Part shown: piece after piece, positions 1 through 9,897 of the stretch
Layout: each line of letters opens with the position of its first letter
Position numbering within the stretch: the first letter of the stretch is position 1
Origin: Candidatus Gottesmanbacteria bacterium
Lineage (GTDB): Bacteria; Patescibacteriota; Microgenomatia; 2-02-FULL-39-11
DNA: 64,000 bases
Reading direction: 5' to 3'
NCBI GenBank assembly: GCA_016186795.1
Contig: JACPKY010000001.1
Coordinates: 1,357 to 65,356, forward strand
Position numbers and translations under genes: made by a program
The notes under the pieces: model-generated
Databases searched by the model: none
What the model was told of the DNA's origin: nothing
Seen by the model: only the letters and a program-made list of their open reading frames with translations

Positions 1-2681
1 GCCGAGATGGTGAGATAACTGAAGAACCGGCGTGCGCAACGTGCGATGAATGTAGTGAACCCGGAACTCGAGATGCACGATCATCATCCCTTGCCCGAAA
101 TGAGTGTACTCCGGGAGGATGCGATGCTCCCCCGCCTGATGATACTGGCGATGGAACTGGTGATGACGATGGAACTGGTGGAACCGGAGATGGAAATTGG
201 TGCGGCGACACATCAGAAAAGCCGGTCACATGTCATGGAGACGTCCTTAATGGAGGGTGCAAGGATGAAACATACTGCGTAAAATCTTCTTACCAATGTG
301 CCGATAAATGGGCTATCAACAAGGATGATGCGTGTCCGGAACATAATTGTCCAGTCGATAAATCACAATGGCTTACCTGTCATGGGAAAGATACTGACAA
401 TGAATGTTTCGTCTGGTCATTTTGTGCAGAGGATGGTAAAAAATGTTCCGATACTACTTCCTTAACCGGAGAAGCTTTAGAAGATGGATCCTGCCCAGTA
501 AAAGGAAATGGAAGCGGTGAAGGCAAACCCCCAGAACTTGCAAATAAGGGAGAACCGGCAACAATGGAAGGGTACGTCACTATATTTAATTTTAATAAAT
601 CAGAAGTTGAAAAAGTTGTTGTTGAAAGATGTGAGATAGGAGGGGGATCGGAAACATGCAATGCTGATGGTGTCACGACGGTAAAAGTAAAAACCGTCAC
701 ATGGGATACGGCTGACGTTTCAATCTCTTTCTGGAAATTCTCTTTCACAACTGATAGCAAAGGGGGAAAAATTACCATCGGAGATACTGTTCGGATTCTC
801 AAGCCAACGGTTTTTGACAAAGACGGCAAACAGCTTGGCGAAGCAGATAAAGATGCAAGTGTTGCCTGTACATCAAACCCGTGCAGAACCAACTTTGCCA
901 TTGGTTTGGGTGTAGACCAATTTACCAAAGTTCCTATTATGACAGGCAAGATCATTATAGAGAACAAAGGTTCGATTCCAGTGACACATGTCTACGTTAC
1001 ACTCTGCGAAAAGGGCGGATCGTGTACTACTGTCGATGTCGCCCAAACTGGTCCTTCTGAGGTTGATGGAGACAAAAGCACGTATACGTATGATATTTTT
1101 ATTTTAGATCTCACCGACCCAAAACCACTTGATTTTTCCAAGACGTACATCGTGAAAGAAGTGGTGGTTGAGGATGCAGCCGGAAAAGAATTGGGGAAAT
1201 CCAAAGAAGGTGACCAGGAAGTAACAATTCTAACGCCTCCCAAAGATTTCCATATTATTATCGAATCTTCTGAAAATCAGACGCGAACTGCCAATGTCAC
1301 AATCAAAATTAAAAATTCAAAAAATAAACACTTTGCAAATACTATCTGGTTGGGAACAGAATGGTGTAACGATGATTTGACATCTTGTACGAGTGAAAAA
1401 ACAAACGAGACCTTTGAGGCAAATTCTCCCATGCTTCGAGCGAAACGATTTAACGCAACATCGGCAGGTGATGGGAATACGAAGATTCGTGCGTATATAA
1501 AAGAGTATAGTGAGGAAAGTGGTGGAGAATCTGCAATAACAACGATTCTCATCAGTAACGTAGTGAGCGTTACCCAAAAAAACCAAGACGTCACCCTCAC
1601 GCTTGACCTTGATAAAGAAGTCCAGGGTGCGACCGAGGGAAAAACAACAAAAGTTGAAGGAAAGATTCAGGTTATGGGGGAAGAACTCGGATTCTGGGGT
1701 AATTACCTTGCCGTTGGCCTTTTCGATGTCGATAATACCGGAACACCTTTAATCGAATTTTCAGATAACACGAGCAGATTTTTCCTCATTCAAAATAAGA
1801 AGGAGTTTGATTTCACATTCGATAATGTGCCGGTTGGCGCCAAAAAGGCTCTCATCGCCTTCCCATTTATAGCCAAAAATAACAGGACCGATGTCACCCT
1901 TGAAAAAATTGAGAAAGTAAAACAGTTTGATACGAATCGTATTCGGATTTTGAACTGTGCAAATCGAACTCCTGTGAAAAATATCTGTCACTTCCTTGTC
2001 GGTGAAACCAATACGAAATACGTAACCCATATCCTTTCGCCGAAAGATACCTCTATGTATGGCTGGCTAACTGTGGTTACCAATGACTCACCCCCAGCGA
2101 AATATACGAATGTCCGCGCTGTGATCGATGAGTATAGGGAAGACAAATCATTGGTGACAAACCAGGTCTTCCCCGCTCTAAATTTTCCCGCGTTTCCCTC
2201 CTTCACGCCGAAGACCGGATGGACTGCCTATACCACAGGATTTACAGGCGACTACACGAAAAATACTATTATCGCAGAAAAAACATACGGTCTGAAATTC
2301 GACATCGTTGAAGCTGCCGACGCGAACAAATTCTCAGATCCTGATAAAACCAACTACAACATCCCAGTCTGTGGGAAAAATAATAGCGGTACTATCGCTG
2401 GACCTTCCAAACAACAATGTTTGGTAAAACTCACTGACGGATACGGGTACATCGAATATGGAGTAACATTTTCCTCCGCCTCAACCGACAAGGCCAACTT
2501 CCCCATGATTGCATCGGTTGGAGGATCAACTAACGAATCGTTTGCTCGCGTCATCCAGGCAGTATCTATAGGAAGTATGGACGCTCTTGAGGTTTCGGCA
2601 TTTATTAGTCAACTCACGAGTACCCCCGGGATAAAGATACAGACCTGCCGGGCAGACTTGGGTGAATGTGACGTGCTCTAA
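1..2681 (+). CDS. Large Cys-rich secreted/surface protein, 5'-truncated by the window edge (Met at 564 in the ORF track is internal)
   Basis: The frame with codons starting at nt 3 is open, with no stop, from nt 3 to the TAA at 2679-2681. Hand translation of 3-563 gives ...CATCDECSEP...CHGDVLNGGCKDETYC...CPVKGNGSGEGKPPELANKGEPAT, continuous with MEGYV... It is Cys-rich with no recognisable catalytic motif. Confidence 0.6.
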   Translation, partial: RDGEITEEPACATCDECSEPGTRDARSSSLARNECTPGGCDAPPPDDTGDGTGDDDGTGGTGDGNWCGDTSEKPVTCHGDVLNGGCKDETYCVKSSYQCADKWAINKDDACPEHNCPVDKSQWLTCHGKDTDNECFVWSFCAEDGKKCSDTTSLTGEALEDGSCPVKGNGSGEGKPPELANKGEPATMEGYVTIFNFNKSEVEKVVVERCEIGGGSETCNADGVTTVKVKTVTWDTADVSISFWKFSFTTDSKGGKITIGDTVRILKPTVFDKDGKQLGEADKDASVACTSNPCRTNFAIGLGVDQFTKVPIMTGKIIIENKGSIPVTHVYVTLCEKGGSCTTVDVAQTGPSEVDGDKSTYTYDIFILDLTDPKPLDFSKTYIVKEVVVEDAAGKELGKSKEGDQEVTILTPPKDFHIIIESSENQTRTANVTIKIKNSKNKHFANTIWLGTEWCNDDLTSCTSEKTNETFEANSPMLRAKRFNATSAGDGNTKIRAYIKEYSEESGGESAITTILISNVVSVTQKNQDVTLTLDLDKEVQGATEGKTTKVEGKIQVMGEELGFWGNYLAVGLFDVDNTGTPLIEFSDNTSRFFLIQNKKEFDFTFDNVPVGAKKALIAFPFIAKNNRTDVTLEKIEKVKQFDTNRIRILNCANRTPVKNICHFLVGETNTKYVTHILSPKDTSMYGWLTVVTNDSPPAKYTNVRAVIDEYREDKSLVTNQVFPALNFPAFPSFTPKTGWTAYTTGFTGDYTKNTIIAEKTYGLKFDIVEAADANKFSDPDKTNYNIPVCGKNNSGTIAGPSKQQCLVKLTDGYGYIEYGVTFSSASTDKANFPMIASVGGSTNESFARVIQAVSIGSMDALEVSAFISQLTSTPGIKIQTCRADLGECDVL

Positions 2682-2686
2682 ATTCA

Positions 2687-5161
2687 ATGAACTTCCTGTC
2701 CCAATATCTCGACTGGCACTACATTACTGTTTGGGCAAAACTCTTCCTCATTTGGCGAAATCTCTTCCTTTTTCCCTGGTACTACTTCGGCGTCACCTAT
2801 CATCTTCGCAATCTTCTCTCTCCATGGAAACGACAGGTTGCCAAAAAAGGTGTTGGGCTTCGAGTTGGAGATATTTTAAGTGTACTAGGATTTAATCTCA
2901 TCTCACGAGGAATTGGAGCTTCTATCCGGACATTTACTATTCTCTATGGACTTGTCCTCATGAGTATTCTCGGAGTTTTCGGGGCTCTCCTTACACTTTC
3001 TTGGCTTTTTATCCCTTTTATCACTATTCCTTTCTACACTTGGCGGAGCAAAACTGACTTAGATGAAGTCAAAAAAATCCTTGGAAAAGCACATGGCGAC
3101 ATGGAAAAATTTTGTATTTATCTCTTTTCTCATCAAGTTAGCCGGTTTATTCTGTCGAGACTTGGTATCCATCCGGACTATGTCATTGACATGCTAAAGC
3201 AACTACCTGCAAAAAAGGAATCGATAAAGACCTATATCCCCAATGTGGAAAAGTTAAAAACTATTGCAGATTGCGTTATCCAAATATGCAAAGCGTATCC
3301 CCCCTTTGTTACTCTCTTTTCTCGCAAGAAAATTGACGCCAAAGATCTTGACGCCGTCGTAGCCTGGTACACCCGACTGAATACAAAACCATCAATGCCA
3401 CTTATTTTCGATTTGCCAAGAATTCAAGGACTCCCCTGTATTGGACATGCATGGAACTACGGATACACGGTTAGCCTTGATAGTTTCTCAAAGGATCTAA
3501 CGCGTTCCCCTTCTCCATATCCTTTTTTGGTTGGACGAGAAAAAGAGATTGAAGAAATGCAGCGAGTGCTTTTGAAAAATACAACCAATAACATCATTAT
3601 TGTGGGAGAACCGGGAGTTGCTCGCCATTTATTAGTCGAAACACTTGCTCACCGTATGCAAACAGGAGAAGTAATTCGACAACTTGCACGGCAACGAATA
3701 CTCTCTCTTGATATGCATTCTATTCTTGCTTCAAAACCCACAATTGCCGAGGCAAAAGGAGTGCTATCAGATATTTTGGAAGAGGGAACGCACGCTGGGA
3801 ACGTAAATGTCGTCATAGATGAAATAGACAAATATACCTCAAGTGGTGATGGAAGGATTGATCTGACAGATGTTTTGGAGAAATTTGCTGAAAGTTCGGT
3901 AGGAGTTATTGGAATTACAACCCCGAGTGAGTATCACCGATACATTGAGGTAAACGCCGTGCTGACGAAGTTATTTGAAAAAATTGAAGTTAAACAACCG
4001 CCACTTGCGACAGTACTTGAGGAACTTGAGCTTTCAATTGTCCCTGTGCTTGAGGCGAAACATCGAATCTATGTTACGTACCAAGCACTGAAAAAAGTAC
4101 TCGAGGATGCTGATAAGTATATAAGTAATACCCCATTCCCAGGGAAAGCTATTGAACTACTCGATCAAACAGCGGTGTACGTCGTAACCCAAAAGTTGGG
4201 ACACCTTTTAAAACCCAATCATGTTGATGAATTTTTGGCAAAAAAGCTTAATATCCCACTTGGAGACCTGAAATCTGGCGAACGGGAAAAACTTCTTAAT
4301 CTTGAAGAAGGATTGCACCAATATGTCATCAACCAACATGCGGCAATTGCTGCAATTGCATCAAGTTTACGAAGATCCAGACTTACCATTTCCAACCCAA
4401 ATAAACCTATTGGAACATTTCTTTTTTTGGGGCCAACGGGAGTTGGAAAAACAGAGACAGCCAAGGCACTTTGCCGAGTATACTACGGATCACCTGATTT
4501 TATGGCTCGATTTGACATGAGCCAATATCAAAAAGAGGAAGGAATTGAACGTCTTATTGGATCGGTCAAACTCGGTACTCCCGGAGAACTTACGTCGTAT
4601 CTTCGTTCCCGGCCATTTTCACTTATCCTCCTTGATGAAGTTGAAAAGGCGGATCCGCAGATCTTCAATCTTCTTCTCACACTTCTTGATGAAGGATACA
4701 TTACCGATGCATTTGGTCGACAAGTGAATGCCAAAAATACCATCATTATTGCAACGTCCAATGCCGCAGCTGAGTTTATCCGCCAAAACATCAATAAAGG
4801 AACTCCTACGAACACACTCCAAAAGTTAATTATTGAACACATTTTAACAGAAAAAATATTCTCTCCGGAATTTATTAACAGATTTGATGCAGCGGTCGTA
4901 TTCACACCTCTTTCTGAGGGCAACTTACGGGAGGTTGCCCGCCTGATGCTTGCAGATCTCAATAAGAGACTTCGTCCAAAAGAAATATCGGTTGCGGTCA
5001 CTGACGATCTTGTGGCAACGCTTTCCCAAAAAGGGTTCGATCCACAGTTTGGAGGACGGGCAATGAGAAGAACAATCTCGAGCGTGATTGAGGATCAGAT
5101 TGCCCAAAAACTACTTGAAGGAAACATCAAAAAAGGAGAAGAGATTCATATCACACTATAG
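2687..5161 (+). CDS. Clp/Hsp100-family AAA+ ATPase (ClpB/ClpC-like) with N-terminal transmembrane anchor and degenerate NBD1 Walker A
   Basis: N-terminal ~130 aa has several hydrophobic helices. NBD1 aligns to ClpB (VGREKEIEEMQRVLLKNTTNNIIIVGEPGVARHLLVETLAHRMQTGEV) but Walker A reads GEPGVARH instead of GEPGVGKT. NBD2 is intact (FLFLGPTGVGKTETAKAL; Walker B LILLDEVEKA; sensor IIIATSN). Confidence 0.7.
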   Translation: MNFLSQYLDWHYITVWAKLFLIWRNLFLFPWYYFGVTYHLRNLLSPWKRQVAKKGVGLRVGDILSVLGFNLISRGIGASIRTFTILYGLVLMSILGVFGALLTLSWLFIPFITIPFYTWRSKTDLDEVKKILGKAHGDMEKFCIYLFSHQVSRFILSRLGIHPDYVIDMLKQLPAKKESIKTYIPNVEKLKTIADCVIQICKAYPPFVTLFSRKKIDAKDLDAVVAWYTRLNTKPSMPLIFDLPRIQGLPCIGHAWNYGYTVSLDSFSKDLTRSPSPYPFLVGREKEIEEMQRVLLKNTTNNIIIVGEPGVARHLLVETLAHRMQTGEVIRQLARQRILSLDMHSILASKPTIAEAKGVLSDILEEGTHAGNVNVVIDEIDKYTSSGDGRIDLTDVLEKFAESSVGVIGITTPSEYHRYIEVNAVLTKLFEKIEVKQPPLATVLEELELSIVPVLEAKHRIYVTYQALKKVLEDADKYISNTPFPGKAIELLDQTAVYVVTQKLGHLLKPNHVDEFLAKKLNIPLGDLKSGEREKLLNLEEGLHQYVINQHAAIAAIASSLRRSRLTISNPNKPIGTFLFLGPTGVGKTETAKALCRVYYGSPDFMARFDMSQYQKEEGIERLIGSVKLGTPGELTSYLRSRPFSLILLDEVEKADPQIFNLLLTLLDEGYITDAFGRQVNAKNTIIIATSNAAAEFIRQNINKGTPTNTLQKLIIEHILTEKIFSPEFINRFDAAVVFTPLSEGNLREVARLMLADLNKRLRPKEISVAVTDDLVATLSQKGFDPQFGGRAMRRTISSVIEDQIAQKLLEGNIKKGEEIHITL

Positions 5162-5290
5162 AATCTTACCCATATTGTCTTCGATTTCAGTTTTTTGATA
5201 CAATATGAATCTATCGAGCGAGACGTAATAAATTTATTTCATAAATTCAAACGTCTCAGCCACGTTGTCCGATAGATATCGGACTTACGT

Positions 5291-5362
5291 GGCGCGTTGG
5301 CGAAGTGGTAACGCGGGAGTCTGCAAAACTTCTATGCGCCGGTCCGATTCCGGCACGCGCCT
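5291..5362 (+). tRNA. tRNA-Cys (anticodon GCA)
   Basis: Cloverleaf by eye: acceptor GGCGCGT/ACGCGCC, anticodon stem GGAGT/ACTTC with loop CTGCAAA (GCA), T-stem GCCGG/CCGGC. T-loop TCCGATT is slightly non-canonical. Confidence 0.7.
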
Positions 5363-5544
5363 CCCTATGTCAGTAGAACATGGCAGCCATGGATATACCG
5401 AAGAGGTATCTTTTACGAGTATTATCGCCAGTCTCTTTCTGGCGCTTCTCGTCATTCCTGAAGTTGCCGAAAAAGTCACAGAAACTGGTGATACCTTAAC
5501 AGGCCTTGCGGGACATGGTGGCCATCATTAATAAGGGGTAAGAA

Positions 5545-5616
5545 GGGTGACTAGTTCATTGGTAGAACGCTTTCCTGATAAGAAAGAGGTGCATGGTTCG
5601 ATTCCATGGTCACCCA
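5545..5616 (+). tRNA. tRNA-Ile (anticodon GAT)
   Basis: Acceptor GGGTGAC/GTCACCC with discriminator A, anticodon stem CTTTC/GAAAG with loop CTGATAA (GAT), T-arm CATGG-TTCGATT-CCATG. Confidence 0.85.
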
Positions 5617-5624
5617 CTAAATTT

Positions 5625-6719
5625 TTATAAATCCTTGGAGGATTCCTTCATTTTCCCGAGTATTTTTTCTGCCTCATCTCTTTCTGCAAATCTGGGTTGG
5701 GAGTAATTTTCGATAATGATTGGGAAAAATTCGATGTTTTTCAAACCACTTTTCCCAAATGTGTACCGTCCGATAACACCCTCTCTTGTTTCCTTCGACC
5801 ACATTTGGTCAAAGATGAAATTCCCGTGAGCGTAGGATATGAATTTCTCTTTATAGACTTCAACTCCTTGTACCCAATGAGGGTGATTACCGATGATAAG
5901 ATCGGCTCCGCTATCAATTGCTAAATGCGCAAGTTCAACTTGGCGAGAAGAAGGTTCTACCGTATATTCCGGACCGAAGTGGAATGCAACGATGACAAAC
6001 TCAACTTTCTTCCTCAATTTTTGAATTTGCTCCTCAACCGAAGTATTTTCTGCCCAGGAAATTCCTTTTTCCTCATGCCCAATATCATTAAAGCCTAAAA
6101 ACCCAAACGATTTACCTCGAACTTCCAGAGTTGCCTCATTTCCTACTCCCACGACATGCATACCATTCTCCGTAAGATACTTTTGTGTTTCGATACCGCC
6201 CTCATAGCCGTAGTTTCCACTATGGTTATTAGCAAGATTGACAACGTCAACTCCAGAAAAAGTAAGCCCCTCAACTGCTTTTGCACTCCCGCAAAAAATC
6301 ATTCCTTCATCTGTTGGTTGACAGGAAGAAAGAAGTGGTGTCTCTAAATTGATAAAGGTGATGTCTGCACTTTTGAGAAAACTGGAAGTTTTTTCAAAGG
6401 GAAACGTAAAATCATTTCGTTTCACCATCATGCTATTGACAGTCCGAGCAGGAAGAACATCTCCAGTTGTAATCAAAACATACTCGCCCGCTTTTTGTTC
6501 TTTTTTTTCATAGGGAGAAACGTAAGAAAAAATGGATTCAAACGGTGGTAACTGGTCTTTTTCAACGAACACGGAAATCTGTGGATTTCCCGTTTTGTCG
6601 GAAATACTTGGAGAGGAAAAAGGTACCGAAAGAGGGAAAAGTTTGAAAAAAGAAACCAAAAGAAATAGTATTCCAATAGAAATAAACCCTACTCCAATAA
6701 TCCGTTTCTTTTCACGCAT
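5625..6719 (-). CDS. CapA/PgsA-like metallophosphatase-fold protein (poly-gamma-glutamate/capsule synthesis family), N-terminal membrane anchor
   Basis: Motifs GDVLPARTVN, FINLETPL, VIVAFHFGPEY and DLIIGNHPHWVQG are typical of the CapA (PGA_cap) family. An N-terminal TM helix is present. Confidence 0.7.
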   Translation of the reverse strand: MREKKRIIGVGFISIGILFLLVSFFKLFPLSVPFSSPSISDKTGNPQISVFVEKDQLPPFESIFSYVSPYEKKEQKAGEYVLITTGDVLPARTVNSMMVKRNDFTFPFEKTSSFLKSADITFINLETPLLSSCQPTDEGMIFCGSAKAVEGLTFSGVDVVNLANNHSGNYGYEGGIETQKYLTENGMHVVGVGNEATLEVRGKSFGFLGFNDIGHEEKGISWAENTSVEEQIQKLRKKVEFVIVAFHFGPEYTVEPSSRQVELAHLAIDSGADLIIGNHPHWVQGVEVYKEKFISYAHGNFIFDQMWSKETREGVIGRYTFGKSGLKNIEFFPIIIENYSQPRFAERDEAEKILGKMKESSKDL

Positions 6720-6734
6720 GAGGAGAGTATATCC

Positions 6735-7115
6735 TTAGGCTTTTACTTGTACAAGCTGAAAATAATTTCCCTCGGGATCTTCAAAGGTTGCGATTTTACC
6801 ATAATCTTCTACATGATAGATTTTCTGAATAAGTTTCACCTTATTTTTAAGTAGTTTCTTTACTTCCTTCTCAATAGTATCAACTTCCAAATTGAGGATG
6901 AATCGTTCTGGATTTTTATTCTTCCCTTTCACTTTTGAGTGGTCTATGATGTAGATACAACTTCTTCCTTTCGCATCAAACCCATAGAGATGTTCTCCTT
7001 TCTCTCCCATTTCTGCTTCAAATGTCCGCTTAAGACCAACTCTCTTTTCATAGAACGATGCGAGTTTTTTGGCATTACTACTTCCGATAAGGACACTTTC
7101 TTGTCCTTTCACCAT
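6735..7115 (-). CDS. VOC/glyoxalase-bleomycin-resistance-fold protein
   Basis: 126 aa; the C-terminal ATFEDPEGNYFQLVQ and the overall pattern resemble the glyoxalase/VOC superfamily. Confidence 0.55.
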   Translation of the reverse strand: MVKGQESVLIGSSNAKKLASFYEKRVGLKRTFEAEMGEKGEHLYGFDAKGRSCIYIIDHSKVKGKNKNPERFILNLEVDTIEKEVKKLLKNKVKLIQKIYHVEDYGKIATFEDPEGNYFQLVQVKA

Positions 7116-7197
7116 AGGTCATCACCTCCTTTCGTAAATCAGATAGAGTGTGATCGAAATTAAAGAATATGTCAAGAGAGGCAAATGGAAGACAGTG

Positions 7198-7224
7198 TTA
7201 CTCAAAATAAATTGTTGGTTCTTC
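7198..7224. repeat. 27-bp direct repeat, copy A (TTACTCAAAATAAATTGTTGGTTCTTC); a duplicated 3' end (EEPTIYFE*) of the ParB-like gene
   Basis: Exact 27/27 match to 8165-8191. The reverse complement encodes EEPTIYFE-stop, identical to the C-terminus of CDS 8165..8995. Confidence 0.8.
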
Positions 7225-7529
7225 TCTCATTCAATAATAACCTATAGTTTGACTTGAAGGGCTCTATGTGCTAGTATTTCCAGTCGCGTCTTCTTGCATA
7301 ACTCACGCAATACAAAAGAGGACACAATACCTCTACTTGCCATACATCGGAAAAGTAGATCGTACATTAAAATTATCTTCCTCAATAAACAGAAAGAAGA
7401 AGTGAGATGGGAGGAGTGAAAAACACTTTTCCCACCTCACTTCTTTACCTGAGATTGAGGGAATCTCTCCCGGAAGGAACGCTGGGAACAGGGTGAAGGA
7501 GTATCTTACTAGCTCATCAGGAGGACACG

Positions 7530-7979
7530 ATGAAAAGTCTGTTCAGAACTGTTGTTGCAAGTATGGTGATAGCCATAATCATTATGGGGATCGGCTATCT
7601 CCTTTACAAAACAACCATCATCGCAAATCCCCCACTAACACCAGCATCGGTATCGCTTCTGACGACCGCGACGCTGGTGGCGACAAATACCGCCATACTG
7701 GCACCAGGCCAAAAGCTGGTGCTAGAAGGGTGGTACCTAGCACCGGTTATCCTAGGAAAATTCACAGTCCGCATGTCGGCAGGATACTTCACCATTGTCG
7801 ACGATGGTGGTGTCCTGACGATCAATGAAAGGATCAGACAAATCGGCAGTGAATACGAAGAGGTGGGAAACTGGACAATCCTGATTTTCGGGAAACCTGT
7901 CCATAATCCTATCAAGGCAAGACGACTGATTGACGGAAGAATCCAGGTCATCTGGATTGGGAACTACGCAATTCACTAA
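7530..7979 (+). CDS. Hypothetical membrane-anchored protein (N-terminal TM helix)
   Basis: 149-aa ORF with a hydrophobic N-terminus (VVASMVIAIIIMGIGYLLY), bracketed by hairpins sharing GAGGGAATCTC. No recognisable domain. Confidence 0.45.
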   Translation: MKSLFRTVVASMVIAIIIMGIGYLLYKTTIIANPPLTPASVSLLTTATLVATNTAILAPGQKLVLEGWYLAPVILGKFTVRMSAGYFTIVDDGGVLTINERIRQIGSEYEEVGNWTILIFGKPVHNPIKARRLIDGRIQVIWIGNYAIH

Positions 7980-8164
7980 GTTTCACCCGGCGATGTGAGT
8001 GAGGGAATCTCCCTCACTCACATAGTATAGTTTCCCAAAGGAGAGAAAATCGCATATAAGACACCGGCATGGATTGAAAGAGAACGAAGATACTATCTTC
8101 GCAATTATCTCATTTATTCAATTTCTCTTTCCATTACCTCGGTGTCTTTTTTTTGGGAAAAATC

Positions 8165-8191
8165 TTACTCAAAATAAATTGTTGGTTCTTC
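8165..8191. repeat. 27-bp direct repeat, copy B (genuine 3' end of the ParB-like gene)
   Basis: Identical to 7198-7224. Confidence 0.8.
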
Positions 8192-8995
8192 GTAGAGGCG
8201 GAAAGGTCTTTGCGAAAGGAGTTTTTCAAGAGATTCGTTTTGCTCTTTGATGGAAGCATTTTTTGAAAAAAGGGAAAGGGGGACGTTGACATTAAGACAC
8301 CTCCGCTGTATGAGATGACGTGTAATTCCTGCTGGGAAAAGCTCTCCCTTTCTCACAACATCAACGATCTGATGGCGGGTAAAGGTGGGGAAAACAACCA
8401 TCGTATTTGTCTCCGGGTGTTCCTCAAAAAGAATCACGAAATCATGGGCATTTGGATGCTGCGGTAAAACGTCTCTGACAATTCCATCTTTATACCAATC
8501 AACCATCTTGCGAAGCGTTTGAATTTTTTCGATGATTGTCCCACCGCTATAGAGAAAATAGACTTCCCCTTTTTTGTTTAACACCGTACAGATTCGCGCC
8601 TTCCCCTCCTCTTTCACATATCGGCTCCCGACGTAGTCAAAACTCCCTTTTTGAACTTCAACATGCATGTTCTCCATCTCTTGCAAAATTTGATGGTAAT
8701 CTCCATGAAAAAGATGGAGCCAGGATGCAAGTTCTACTGCCTCCTGATCGTTATAATCAATAATCTGCACTAGAATTGAGGAAAATCCCAACATCTTAAA
8801 GGCAGAATATCGGTTCATCCCGTCAAGTTGGAGAAATTTCTTATCATCGAAAGAGGCAACAATAACTGGATTGGCGAGGAAGCCGTCTTTTTTCAACTGC
8901 TCAACGAGTGGTAATGCCCGTGACTGATCGTATTCTTCGTGGGTGAGAATATCAGAAAGTGGAACAATTTGAAGATGAAAAATATCGGTTTTCAT
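8165..8995 (-). CDS. ParB/sulfiredoxin-fold domain protein, last gene of a serine-metabolism operon (candidate SerK-like serine kinase or non-canonical phosphoserine phosphatase)
   Basis: The N-terminal motif ...NPVIVASFDDKKFLQLDGMNRYSAFKMLG resembles the ParB/Srx DGxHRxxAxxxLG core. Its start overlaps the stop of the SerA-like gene upstream. Confidence 0.45.
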   Translation of the reverse strand: MKTDIFHLQIVPLSDILTHEEYDQSRALPLVEQLKKDGFLANPVIVASFDDKKFLQLDGMNRYSAFKMLGFSSILVQIIDYNDQEAVELASWLHLFHGDYHQILQEMENMHVEVQKGSFDYVGSRYVKEEGKARICTVLNKKGEVYFLYSGGTIIEKIQTLRKMVDWYKDGIVRDVLPQHPNAHDFVILFEEHPETNTMVVFPTFTRHQIVDVVRKGELFPAGITRHLIQRRCLNVNVPLSLFSKNASIKEQNESLEKLLSQRPFRLYEEPTIYFE

Positions 8996-9897
8996 ACGCT
9001 GAATTTTGGGTTTTCCTTTTTTAACACTCTCACGACATCTTGGGCAACAGTGATACTTGCCCTTTTGAGTGCCTCTTTGGTTGCAGCACCAATATGAGGA
9101 GTCAGTATAACATTTTCAAGAGATCGCCATTTGTAATTTTCAGAAAGTGGTTCTTGCCAGAAAACATCTAACGCTGCTCCAGCAATCTTTTTCTCTGATA
9201 AAAGGGAAAAAAGCGCTCTCTCATCAACGACTCCTCCTCGAGAGATATTGAGAAAATAAGCAGTGGGTTTCATTTGACGCAAAAGCGCCTGAGTAATCAT
9301 TTCTTTTGTTTCAGAATTTAGGGCAAGATGAACCGTCACAATATCTGATTGAGAAAAAAGTTGGGAAAGCGTGCATGATTTTTTATTTTTACTAAAAATC
9401 AGAGTCTTTGCACCAAAAGCCCGAACCAATTGGTCAACTTTTTTCCCAACATATCCATATCCCAAAATCCCAACTATTTTTCCATTGAGCTCTCCACCCC
9501 AAAATTCATCTTTTAACCATAACCCATTTTTCATTGAGGAAAATGCTTTGGGAAAGTCTCGAAGAAGGGCAATAATAAGTCCTACCGTAAGCTCTGCAAC
9601 AGAAATTGAGTTGGCATCGGGTGAATTAACGACAACGATTTTTCTTCCTCGGCATTCATCGACATCGATATTGTCATACCCACTCCCGATCCGAGCTATC
9701 ACTTTCAGGTTCTTCCCGGCTGTAATCACATCTCTTGTCACTTTTGTACGACTACGCACTAACAATCCGTCATATCGAGAAATTTCCTCAAGAAGTGTTT
9801 CTGCACGTATCGTTGGCTTGTAATCAAATGCTATGTGGTTATCCGTTAAATATTCCAAAGCAGTTTCATCAATAGGATCTGAAATTAAAACATTCAT
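8992..9897 (-). CDS. D-isomer-specific 2-hydroxyacid dehydrogenase (SerA-like 3-phosphoglycerate dehydrogenase / hydroxypyruvate reductase)
   Basis: Rossmann motif GILGYGYVGKKV and catalytic-domain pattern ...SDIVTVHLALNSETKEMI...ISRGGVVDE...HIGAAT are typical of the family. Confidence 0.8.
   Translation of the reverse strand: MNVLISDPIDETALEYLTDNHIAFDYKPTIRAETLLEEISRYDGLLVRSRTKVTRDVITAGKNLKVIARIGSGYDNIDVDECRGRKIVVVNSPDANSISVAELTVGLIIALLRDFPKAFSSMKNGLWLKDEFWGGELNGKIVGILGYGYVGKKVDQLVRAFGAKTLIFSKNKKSCTLSQLFSQSDIVTVHLALNSETKEMITQALLRQMKPTAYFLNISRGGVVDERALFSLLSEKKIAGAALDVFWQEPLSENYKWRSLENVILTPHIGAATKEALKRASITVAQDVVRVLKKENPKFSV

Noticed and set aside
380-2554. Minus-strand ORFs (380..967, 992..1243, 1277..1600, 1761..2206, 2354..2554) antisense to the large Cys-rich gene
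   Set aside because: They are fully embedded in a continuous >890-codon + strand frame. They are compositionally odd (Ser/Thr/Val-rich mirror of the sense strand) and have no start context.
5265-5531. ORF 5265..5531 (+) and 5285..5479 (-)
   Set aside because: They overlap the tRNA-Cys gene and the spacer before tRNA-Ile. The tRNA cloverleaf explains this sequence.
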